From: an uncultured Bacteroides sp.
GTDB taxonomy: Bacteria > Bacteroidota > Bacteroidia > Bacteroidales > Bacteroidaceae
Direction of reading: 5' to 3'
DNA length: 64,000 bases
NCBI GenBank assembly: GCA_948847595.1
Contig: CAQOGY010000014.1
Location: 6,064-70,063, forward strand
The notes beneath the pieces are model-generated. The model worked only from the letters and a program-made list of their open reading frames with translations, was not told the origin of the DNA and searched no databases. Both the position numbers and the translations under genes were made by a program. Below are positions 29,149 through 37,579 of this stretch, one piece after another (positions within the stretch are counted from its first letter, which is position 1; every line of letters starts with the position of its first letter).

Positions 29149-31596
29149 ATGGATGGATTCGGTGTGCCTTGTTTCATTGGTTTCACTCGGAAATCATTGC
29201 GTGTGTGGTGGATGTGGAGTTTCCTTTCTTTTTTCATGGCAAGTGCGGCGGGGGCGGTTTCGTATCGTGATTTGATTCCCGAACCTGTTTCCGTGGTGGA
29301 TAAGAAGGGTGATCCGTTTGTGGTAAACGACCGGACAAAGATTGTCTACCCGCAGGATCATGTGCAATGGAAGCGGACAGCGGAATTTCTGGCTGGCTAT
29401 GTGGAAGGGATGACTAGTTACCGGTTGCCCGTTGAAGAGTGCCGTTCGTCCGAGTCGGAACCTGTCATTTCGTCGGAAGATAATGTGATCCGCTTTCAGT
29501 GTGACTCACGGATGCGGAAGGATGGCTTTAAGCTAAGCGTCGGGAAGTACGGTGTAGTGATTCAGGCAGCGGACGGAGCGGGAGTCTTTTATGCTGTCCA
29601 GTTATTGCGGCAGCTGCTTCTTTCGGGGGCGGAACAGATACAAACGGAGCGGACACAAAAGGAACAGATACAGACGCAGCAAACCATTGCAGCGTCATCG
29701 GCAAAGACGCTGGATATTCCTCCGGTGGAACTGGAAGATTATCCTTCCCTGTCTTATCGGGGAGCCATGCTGGATGTGAGCCGTCATTTCTTCTCGGTCG
29801 CTCAGATAAAGAGAGTCATTGATTTACTGGCATTCCATCGGCTGAATCATTTTCATTGGCATCTGACAGACGACCAGGGCTGGAGAATCGAAATTAAAAA
29901 GTATCCCGATCTGACCAGGAAAGGCGCTTGGAGAGGGGAAGATAAGTACGGCGGTTTCTACACACAGGAGGAGATCAAAGAAGTGGTGGCTTATGCTGCC
30001 GAGAGATATATAACAGTGATTCCGGAGATAGACATGCCGGGACATACTCAGGCGGCACTGGCGGCATATCCGCAACTGGGCTGCGTCGGCTCTTCCTACG
30101 AAGTAGCTACGGAAGTAGGCGGCGTTCATAAAGATGTGATGTGTGTAGGCAATGACTTTACGCTTCCTTTTGTAAAAGATGTATTTAATGAAATAGCCGC
30201 CTTGTTCCCCGCACCGTTCATCCATATCGGAGGAGACGAAGTGCCGAAAGAACGGTGGAGCCAATGCGAGGCATGTCAGAAAGCTATCAGCGACAAAGGC
30301 TTGAAGAACGCAGACAAACACACCGCTGAGGAATATCTGCAAAGTACTTTCAATGAAGAAATAGCGGATTATCTGCGAAGTATAGGAAAGCGGATGATCG
30401 GCTGGGATGAGGTACTTTCCGATAGCCTGAGCCGGGACATCACCATCATGTCATGGCGTGGACTGGGACGTGCCACGGCTGCTGCCCGAAAAGGACATTC
30501 GGTGATTGTGTCGGCTGATTCTCACTTGTATCTGAATCATTATCAGACGATAAACTCCGAACAGGAACCCCGTGCCACCGGCGGACTGGTAGAAATGAAG
30601 AAGGTCTACGAAACTCCTTTCTTCTCTCCCGAACTGACAGCGCAGGAAAAAGAAAGGATATTGGGTGTGCAGGCTTGCCTGTGGACTTCGTTCATCGACA
30701 GCGATCAGCTACTGGATTATATGCTGCTGCCCCGTCTGGCTGCTTTTGCAGAAGCTGCATGGTGCGAGGAAAGACGGGGGACTTATGCCCGCTTCCTGCA
30801 TCGCTTGCCTGCCATACTGAATTGTTACGGGCAACTGGGCTACGGATATGCCCCTCATTTCTTTACCATTTCTGCTGCGTATAAGACTGTTTCTACACTC
30901 GTTCATGAGGATTCTTTCGATGATAAGTGCCTCGAAATAAGTATGGAAAGTTTGCCCGACACGGAAATATATTACACGCTGGATGGCAGTAAGCCTTCGA
31001 AATCTTCTTCTTTGTATACAGCTCCGCTCCAAGTGGAGGAAAGTTGCACGCTGAAAGCTGTCTCCTACCTGCCTAACGGACTTTCCAGTGATGAACTGAC
31101 GAAGGAAGTGGTGGTCAATAAAGCGACTTTCCGCCCCGTCCAATTGTTGAATCCTCCTTCCGAACGCTATCGGGGAGAAGACGGAAAAGTGCTGGTGGAC
31201 GGGATTCGAAGTATAAACTTTCATAATACAGGTCTGTGGGTAGGATACTATACTACTGACTTGGTCGCAGTGATTGACCTTGCGTCTTTTCAGCATGTTT
31301 CTTCGGTAGAAGTTTCCGCTTTAACCGATTTGAGTGCATGGATCATGGGGCCGCAATCCATCTCCGTATTTGTTTCTCTGGATGGAGAAAAGTATGAAAT
31401 GGTGTCCCGGCAGACCTATCAAGCGCCGACGGATGCTATGGGAGAGAAGCGAAGTGACTTGAACCGGTTATCCTTTGACAGCGTGCCTGCACGATATATA
31501 AAGGTAGTGGCAGAGCCCTTCAAAGGCTTGCCCAAAGGACATTCCGGTGAAGGCGAACCGCCTTTCCTGTTTGTGGATGAGATACGGGTGAATTGA
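29149..31596 (+). CDS. GH20 beta-N-acetylhexosaminidase with FN3-associated and F5/8-type C-terminal domains
   Basis: YRGAMLDVSRHFF, HWHLTDDQGWR, EIDMPGH, HIGGDEV, IYYTLDGSKP, FVDEI. Exact start uncertain. Confidence 0.95.
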   Translation: MDGFGVPCFIGFTRKSLRVWWMWSFLSFFMASAAGAVSYRDLIPEPVSVVDKKGDPFVVNDRTKIVYPQDHVQWKRTAEFLAGYVEGMTSYRLPVEECRSSESEPVISSEDNVIRFQCDSRMRKDGFKLSVGKYGVVIQAADGAGVFYAVQLLRQLLLSGAEQIQTERTQKEQIQTQQTIAASSAKTLDIPPVELEDYPSLSYRGAMLDVSRHFFSVAQIKRVIDLLAFHRLNHFHWHLTDDQGWRIEIKKYPDLTRKGAWRGEDKYGGFYTQEEIKEVVAYAAERYITVIPEIDMPGHTQAALAAYPQLGCVGSSYEVATEVGGVHKDVMCVGNDFTLPFVKDVFNEIAALFPAPFIHIGGDEVPKERWSQCEACQKAISDKGLKNADKHTAEEYLQSTFNEEIADYLRSIGKRMIGWDEVLSDSLSRDITIMSWRGLGRATAAARKGHSVIVSADSHLYLNHYQTINSEQEPRATGGLVEMKKVYETPFFSPELTAQEKERILGVQACLWTSFIDSDQLLDYMLLPRLAAFAEAAWCEERRGTYARFLHRLPAILNCYGQLGYGYAPHFFTISAAYKTVSTLVHEDSFDDKCLEISMESLPDTEIYYTLDGSKPSKSSSLYTAPLQVEESCTLKAVSYLPNGLSSDELTKEVVVNKATFRPVQLLNPPSERYRGEDGKVLVDGIRSINFHNTGLWVGYYTTDLVAVIDLASFQHVSSVEVSALTDLSAWIMGPQSISVFVSLDGEKYEMVSRQTYQAPTDAMGEKRSDLNRLSFDSVPARYIKVVAEPFKGLPKGHSGEGEPPFLFVDEIRVN

Positions 31597-31633
31597 ATTA
31601 CACGATATACTCGCAACAAGTAGTTCCAGTATT

Positions 31634-31785
31634 AGTTTCACTGCTTGGAACTAGAGTTTCATCGGTAAGAAACTGTAGTTTCAAAGGCTTGAAACCAAAA
31701 GTTTCGAGCCTATGAAACCAAAGTTTCAAGTAATAGAAACTAGAGTTTCAAGCAATGGGAACTATAGTTTCAAACGCTTGAAACT
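31634..31785. repeat. Tandem array of seven ~22-bp units AGTTTC-N8-GAAAC(T/C)-NN
   Basis: Units start at 31634, 31655, 31677, 31700, 31722, 31744 and 31766. Confidence 0.92.
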
Positions 31786-32206
31786 TTTTGAAACAACTGC
31801 TCTTGACTTTACTTGACTGTACTTCCATTCATTTGACCGCTTAATCTTACTCATTTGATCGCTCGGTTCCATTCCATTCACTCGACCATATTAGTTACTC
31901 CGATTGACCTGTTCGTTCAGAAAGTATTAACTCATTTTTCAGTCAATAATGAATGAGTTCTCAGCTATTAATACCTGATTTCTCAATTGTTAATAGCTGA
32001 TATGACAATCGTTAATAGCTGATGTGTCGGATGTTAATGCCTTGTAAATCAGAGCATAATACAGGATAAATGACCTATATGCCGTGATGGCAAAGTGAGG
32101 GCAAACCCTTGCTCTCACTCTGCCACCATACTTGCTGCAATGCTTGAAATGCCGATGAATAAAGGGATACATACGAATAGTGAGAGCGTGAGGGCAAAAC
32201 TGCTAT
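31634..32206 (-). repeat. Composite non-coding repeat element, copy 2 (inverted relative to copy 1)
   Basis: Same module order as copy 1 read on the minus strand; lies between convergent GH20 and sulfatase genes. Confidence 0.85.
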
Positions 32207-32238
32207 ATTTTTCACTTGTAGCACCCCCTAAGTTCAAG

Positions 32239-33831
32239 TTATAAATGCGACAGTTCAGTTTCCGTACCGGTCACTGACTTATTATAGTATTTTTCAAGCA
32301 GTTCCTGCATTTCCGGATATTTCTCGTCCGTATCTCCGGTTTCTTTGCGAAGTCTCAATAAGTCCTTCTTCATCTGTTTGATGACAGGTGCATATTTCGG
32401 ATCGTTGTATGCATTATGATTCTCGTGCGGGTCATTCTGCAAGTCATAGAAGTCCCATGACGGAGTGAAGTCGAAGTTCTCCGTATCAGTCATGTCCAGA
32501 TTTCGGGCATAATAGAAGATCAGCTTGTAACGGTCTGACCGGATGGCGAAGTGCGCGGGACGAATAGCGTGATTGGTCCAGTAGCGATAGTAGATTTCTT
32601 TTCGCCAGTCGGTCGGCGTGTTGCCTTCCAGGTTGCTGACGAAGCTGTCTCCTTGCACATTCTCCATCTTTACTCCGGCAAATTCTGCCAGCGTCGGTGC
32701 GAAATCGACATTCAGTATCAGATCATCCAGGCGTTTTCCTGCGGGGACCTTCTTCGGATAACGGATAACGAAAGGCATACGAGCCGATTCTTCATAAAAC
32801 ATCCGTTTGTCGAAGAAGCCGTGTTCGCCTAGGAAATAGCCTTGGTCGGAGACGTAGATGACGATGGTATTGTCGGCGATATTCATTTCGTCCAGAGCTT
32901 TCAGGAGTTTGCCGATGTTGTCGTCGACGGTAGCGCCACAACGGAGGTAGTCACGGATAAACTTTTGGTAGGAAGCACGTCTGGCGGCTGTCCGTTGCAT
33001 CCCTTCGGTGCTGAACGGCAGTCCGGGGTAGCGGCACCACCACTTGTCGGGATCCTGTGATGCGATGCGCCAGCGGCGTTCCAGTTCTTCCAGTGTCTGT
33101 CCTTTGAAAGAACGGCCGTTGGTTTCCGGTCCCCAGTCCAGCAGGTTTTCGGGTTCGGGGAAGGTGACGCCGTCGTAGAGATGCTCCATGCGTATCGGGT
33201 AGTCGTAGGGTTCGTGCGTTGCTTTGAAATGGCAGCACATCAGGAAGGGTTGATTGCCGTCCTGCTCTTTCATCCATCGGATGGCTTTCTCGGTGACGAG
33301 GTCGGTGGAGAAGCCAAGGACCCGTTCGCCGAATCGGCGGTTGCCCGGCCACGGGTCGGTGCTCTCTATGAAAGTCGGGTCACGGTATTCGCCTTGATCG
33401 TAGAAGATGGAGTAGTAGTCGAATCCTTGCGGTTGCGACTGGATATGCCATTTACCGACGAGTCCGGTGTGGTATCCGTTGGCTTGTAGCAGGGTGGCAA
33501 GGGTGGGGATGGAGGTGTCCAGTGAGTCCGCAAGGGTGTACAGTCCGTTCCGGTGACTGTATAGACCGGTGAGGATACTGGCACGGCTGGGTGCTGAGAT
33601 AGAGTTGGTGCAGAAACAGTTGTCGAGCACTACTCCTTCGTTTGCCAGCCGGCGGATGTTGGCGTTGTGGGCATATTCTGCCAGTATTCCGCCATAGATG
33701 CCCCAGGCTTGGGAGGTGTGGTCGTCACTCAGGATAAAAAGGATGTTGGGGCGTTGTCCGGCAGGTTGAGCGCCTTGCAGGTGCGTCATGGTTCCGGCTG
33801 CCAGCAGACCGGTAAGTACGAGTTTATTCAT
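32239..33831 (-). CDS. S1 family Ser-type sulfatase (N-acetylglucosamine-6-sulfatase-like)
   Basis: NILFILSDDH, NSISAPSRASILTG, SDQGYFLGEHGFFDKR. Start taken at MNKLV (33831), overlapping the upstream stop by 8 nt. Confidence 0.93.
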   Translation of the reverse strand: MNKLVLTGLLAAGTMTHLQGAQPAGQRPNILFILSDDHTSQAWGIYGGILAEYAHNANIRRLANEGVVLDNCFCTNSISAPSRASILTGLYSHRNGLYTLADSLDTSIPTLATLLQANGYHTGLVGKWHIQSQPQGFDYYSIFYDQGEYRDPTFIESTDPWPGNRRFGERVLGFSTDLVTEKAIRWMKEQDGNQPFLMCCHFKATHEPYDYPIRMEHLYDGVTFPEPENLLDWGPETNGRSFKGQTLEELERRWRIASQDPDKWWCRYPGLPFSTEGMQRTAARRASYQKFIRDYLRCGATVDDNIGKLLKALDEMNIADNTIVIYVSDQGYFLGEHGFFDKRMFYEESARMPFVIRYPKKVPAGKRLDDLILNVDFAPTLAEFAGVKMENVQGDSFVSNLEGNTPTDWRKEIYYRYWTNHAIRPAHFAIRSDRYKLIFYYARNLDMTDTENFDFTPSWDFYDLQNDPHENHNAYNDPKYAPVIKQMKKDLLRLRKETGDTDEKYPEMQELLEKYYNKSVTGTETELSHL

Positions 33832-35317
33832 ATACGTATAGATGTTGCATTTCTTCAAATGTCAGTTTGTGTCCGTCCTGCCACCAGTGCGGATCGGACA
33901 AGTCGCAGAAATCCTTTTCCTCTTTCATGCGGAAAGCCAGTTGGTCTTTCAGGCTGCGTGCCGTCTCCTCCTGACTGGGCAACAGGTTATGCTGTTCCAG
34001 CGGGTCTTGCCGAAGGTCGAACAACTGTTCGGTGATGGTGCCGCCTACATTATAAATAATATACTTGTGATGTTCGTTGACGAATGCCCGTTGCAAGTTG
34101 GAATAGGCGAGGAACAGGTCGCTGCGGTGGATGGCGGCAGAGTCATCCAGTATCTGAGAGAGGGATTGTGCCGTCATGCTTTCGGGTAAAGGGATGTGTG
34201 CCAGTTCGCAAAGTGTCGGAGCGATGTCGTGCAGATAACAGAGTGCACGGTTCTTTTTTCCTTTTTGCGCTTTGTAGTTGGGTGCAATGAGAGTAAGAGG
34301 TACTTTCACGCTATGATCGTACAGGTTCTGTTTTCCCAGCAATCCGTGACGTCCCACTGCCAGACCGTTGTCGGAGGCAAAGACGATGATCGTGTTGTCC
34401 GCCTGCCCTGTTTCCTTCAAAGCCTGCAGCACACGTCCTATCTGTACGTCTACTTCGCTGATCATGCCGTAATAATCGGCAAGCTCCTTCTGCACCTGCT
34501 CACCTGTTCGTGGGGCGGGTACTAATAATTCGTCGCGTACATCCATCTCACCGTTGTCGAACGGATGTTGGGGAAGGAAGTTAGCCGGCAGGGTGAGTGC
34601 CCCCGGACTGTACTTTTGCCCATAGGCAGGGAGCTGATTGCGCGGATCGTGCGGAGAAGTAAAGGCGACGTAGGCGAGGAAAGGCTGTTGTCCGTCTTTC
34701 TGTGACTGCAGGAAGCGGATGGCGGCATCGGCATACATCTTCGAAGAAAACTCTTCTCCTGTAAATTCCGTCTCCTTTCCGTATATGCCGGTGGAGTCGT
34801 AGCGGTTGAGATGAGGCGAACAGTGTCCGTTCAGCTCGTAAGGGTGCATACCTCCGAAATAGATATTGTCGCCTTCCTGGAAGGAACGGTTAAAGGAAGC
34901 CTTGTCCGAATGCCACTTGCCTGTGGCAAAGGTGTGGTAACCGTGTTTTCGGAATTGTTGCGGGAAGGTGGTATGCGCTTCGGGAATCTTCATTCCGTCT
35001 GCCTGAATATCGTATAGTCCGCGTCCGGTCATCAGCATGGCACGGCTGGGCATGGACAGTGCTCCGCATAGGGCGCCGTTGGTGTATGTATTGGTAAAGG
35101 TGACGCCTTCGGCGATGAGGCTGTCGATGGCGGGTGTATGTACATCTTCGTTGCCCAGGGCATGGATGGAAGTGGCTTGCATATCATCCGTGAGGATGAA
35201 TAATACGTTGGGATGGCTGGGCGTGCTTACTGTGTTCGACTGGCATCCGAATACCAATGGGGTGAATGCCAACGGAAAATAACGTGATATGAATGAGTGT
35301 TGGATAGCTGCTTTCAT
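33824..35317 (-). CDS. S1 family Ser-type sulfatase (choline-sulfatase-like, probable lipoprotein)
   Basis: NVLFILTDDM, LSMPSRAMLMTG, GKWH, PHDP, SDNGLAVGRHGLLGKQ. Confidence 0.93.
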   Translation of the reverse strand: MKAAIQHSFISRYFPLAFTPLVFGCQSNTVSTPSHPNVLFILTDDMQATSIHALGNEDVHTPAIDSLIAEGVTFTNTYTNGALCGALSMPSRAMLMTGRGLYDIQADGMKIPEAHTTFPQQFRKHGYHTFATGKWHSDKASFNRSFQEGDNIYFGGMHPYELNGHCSPHLNRYDSTGIYGKETEFTGEEFSSKMYADAAIRFLQSQKDGQQPFLAYVAFTSPHDPRNQLPAYGQKYSPGALTLPANFLPQHPFDNGEMDVRDELLVPAPRTGEQVQKELADYYGMISEVDVQIGRVLQALKETGQADNTIIVFASDNGLAVGRHGLLGKQNLYDHSVKVPLTLIAPNYKAQKGKKNRALCYLHDIAPTLCELAHIPLPESMTAQSLSQILDDSAAIHRSDLFLAYSNLQRAFVNEHHKYIIYNVGGTITEQLFDLRQDPLEQHNLLPSQEETARSLKDQLAFRMKEEKDFCDLSDPHWWQDGHKLTFEEMQHLYVYE

Positions 35318-35364
35318 ATATAAATAATGATATATGGATTGAAATTTATAGAGCGATTAAATGA

Positions 35365-35435
35365 TTTAGACGCGAATCGAGTAAGTAAGACGAATTACAT
35401 ATAAATTCGCAAAGGCTACTCAATTCACGTCTAAA
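35365..35435 (-). other. Intra-operon RNA stem-loop
   Basis: 19-bp outer stem fully paired with two G-U pairs on the minus (sense) strand, plus inner CGAATT/AATTCG stem. Confidence 0.6.
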
Positions 35436-35482
35436 GATAGTGAATGTTATTCACGTTGTATTACTTCCCGGTAAAAAAACTC

Positions 35483-36613
35483 TTATTTACTTTTCGTGAA
35501 GCATTGGTCGGGTCTCCATTCTATGATTTTTCCTGTCGCTATGGTAGCGTCATTACCATTGCCGGAGCTGTCGAATATAACATCACCTGAGCCTTCATCC
35601 ATCTTCCAGTAACCGATGAGGTTGGGATTGACAGTTACAGGACCTCCCATGTTGCTCTCGATCTCCGCTTGTGTCAGTACTTTATTCCACAGACGTACTT
35701 GTCCCATCATGTGCTCGTTCTTCGTGTTGGCATTGAAGAATGTGATGGAAGTCATGTCTGCGGGAACACCGGTTGCATCTACTTCCTGTACTTTTTTGCC
35801 ATTTGCGTAGAAATAACATTTAGTCTGGTCATATACCATAGCCACGTGTGTCCAGGTGTTTTTCTGGAAGTGGAACTCGGTAAAGAATCCTTTGTTGTTC
35901 TCAGCACTTTGACCGAAGATGTTGATCTGCATCTGGTCTTTCGAAATCTGATTGTTGGCGTTACCCAGACGGATATAGAAAGTAGGGCTGTCAATGACGC
36001 ACTGGTTGTTATAGTCGAAACCTGCCATCCATATCCAGAATTCTATCGTGAAGTATTCCATCGAAAGCGTCTTCACATTCTCAGATATAAATCCTCCCGT
36101 ACTGTTCAGATAAGGAGTAAACTGTGACCACGGTTTGTCGAGTAATAAAATGTATTTAGTACCCTGCCGTTCTTCCTGGATGCTGCCGTCGCTCGATACG
36201 CGGATAGGCAGAGCATATTTCACGCCTTCGGCGGCTTCGTAAGGATTGATGGTGACTACAGTCGGCTTGGCCATTGTCTTTCCGCTTTCTATTACCACTT
36301 CTTTTTCGAATGTGTATTTGTCCGCCGGCAGTACTTCGTAGTCAAGGTTCATCTTCTCGTTGTATTCTTTCAACAACGATTCGTCTACGGCAATCGTAGC
36401 ATGAACGTCTTTCCCCATAATGTCTGCTATGCGGACAGTGAAGTCGGTCAGCGTCTTCTCGCCGACATTGACAGCTACGCTTTTCACATTCTTGTGGGCG
36501 GCTTCGTTGATATAAATACGGTTTTCTATCGGCTCGTATTCTTGCTTACAGCCTGTCAAGGCTATTACAGCCAATGCTCCGGCAAATAATGTATATATTT
36601 TGTTCTTTCTCAT
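35483..36613 (-). CDS. DUF1735 plus LamG (concanavalin A-like) surface glycan-binding lipoprotein
   Basis: LTGC lipobox, YALPIRV, FTIEFWI, WTHVAMVYD, GQVRLWNKVL, LIGYWKMDEG. Confidence 0.9.
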   Translation of the reverse strand: MRKNKIYTLFAGALAVIALTGCKQEYEPIENRIYINEAAHKNVKSVAVNVGEKTLTDFTVRIADIMGKDVHATIAVDESLLKEYNEKMNLDYEVLPADKYTFEKEVVIESGKTMAKPTVVTINPYEAAEGVKYALPIRVSSDGSIQEERQGTKYILLLDKPWSQFTPYLNSTGGFISENVKTLSMEYFTIEFWIWMAGFDYNNQCVIDSPTFYIRLGNANNQISKDQMQINIFGQSAENNKGFFTEFHFQKNTWTHVAMVYDQTKCYFYANGKKVQEVDATGVPADMTSITFFNANTKNEHMMGQVRLWNKVLTQAEIESNMGGPVTVNPNLIGYWKMDEGSGDVIFDSSGNGNDATIATGKIIEWRPDQCFTKSK

Positions 36614-36619
36614 AATCTG

Positions 36620-37552
36620 TTATTTTTTAGCAGGGTTCATGATTTGGATAGCTTGACGCAGATACTTGTAATCTGTGGCGAACTCATACTCCATGTGGAA
36701 AGTTCCTGTTCCGCCTTTGCGTCCTTCATCCGGATTCCAGTAAGCCATTCCCAGCAATGAAGGCATCTCTCCACGTTCCGGATCGCGGAAGGTGACTCCT
36801 CCCGTTGCGGCATAGCTTTCAAAGTTTTCCGTTACGATGTAACGATTAGAACCTATATATTCTTTTATCCAGTCATATCTTTGTTTCAGTCTCGTAGCGG
36901 AACTTGCTCCGTACGCCTGAGACACTGCAAAGTTCGCATAATCCCATCCTTCTTTGGAGATGAGGTCTACAAAACCATCTACCATGATAATCTTGTCCGG
37001 ACCGATTCTCTGACGTGTTTCTTTCAGCAGAGCAGTCATGTTCTCTTCTTTATAAAACAAGTCTTTTGTACTACATTCGTGGTCAAAGTCAATTCCGTCA
37101 TAACCATATTTATGGATGGTATCGGCAATGGCTTGGGCGGCAGCCGGAATATTCTCCGCTATGTTTTCGAATTTTCCCGGAAGGTTGGCCATGTTGTGGG
37201 AGAATACCGTGAATACGACCCGCGTGCCCAGTACTTCCTGTACATATTTCAAATCTTCTTTCTGATAATCCGTCAGACTGCCGTAAGGTCCCCAGATGGA
37301 GACGATGTCCACGCTGTCGGGAATGCCTTTCAGGCTATAGTATAAAGAAGACGATCCTTGATTTGACCAGCTTCCGAACCATCCGAATGCGAGGGCATGA
37401 TCGCTTTTCTTATATTCTCTGAGTGCCGCATAGTATTCATCGGGCAATGGCGCCGGTTCGAAAGTTTTGTTTTCCATTTCAGTCCAGTCGTCGCAACCAA
37501 AGAAGTTCATTGTTATGAACACTGCAATTAGAATGTTGACTATTTTCTTCAT
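36620..37552 (-). CDS. GH18 endo-beta-N-acetylglucosaminidase-like lipoprotein
   Basis: YYAALREYKKSDH, PDSVDIVSIW, YDGIDFDHE (DxxDxDxE), QAY; start taken at MKKIV (37552). Confidence 0.9.
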   Translation of the reverse strand: MKKIVNILIAVFITMNFFGCDDWTEMENKTFEPAPLPDEYYAALREYKKSDHALAFGWFGSWSNQGSSSLYYSLKGIPDSVDIVSIWGPYGSLTDYQKEDLKYVQEVLGTRVVFTVFSHNMANLPGKFENIAENIPAAAQAIADTIHKYGYDGIDFDHECSTKDLFYKEENMTALLKETRQRIGPDKIIMVDGFVDLISKEGWDYANFAVSQAYGASSATRLKQRYDWIKEYIGSNRYIVTENFESYAATGGVTFRDPERGEMPSLLGMAYWNPDEGRKGGTGTFHMEYEFATDYKYLRQAIQIMNPAKK

Positions 37553-37579
37553 ATCGTTTTTGTTTTTTATCATCTCAGA

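Noticed and set aside
16367..31633. Invertible 15-kb segment or composite transposon bounded by the two element copies
   Set aside because: Copies are too diverged for efficient homologous recombination, no recombinase or transposase is present, and the segment contains housekeeping frdCAB.
31634..31785. CRISPR array
   Set aside because: Period is only 22 bp with 7-8 nt variable cores, and there are no cas genes in the window. Kept as a non-CRISPR repeat.
31990..32172. 60-aa ORF in element copy 2
   Set aside because: The start is not conserved in copy 1 (ctgtat vs atgtat), and conservation follows palindromes, not codons.
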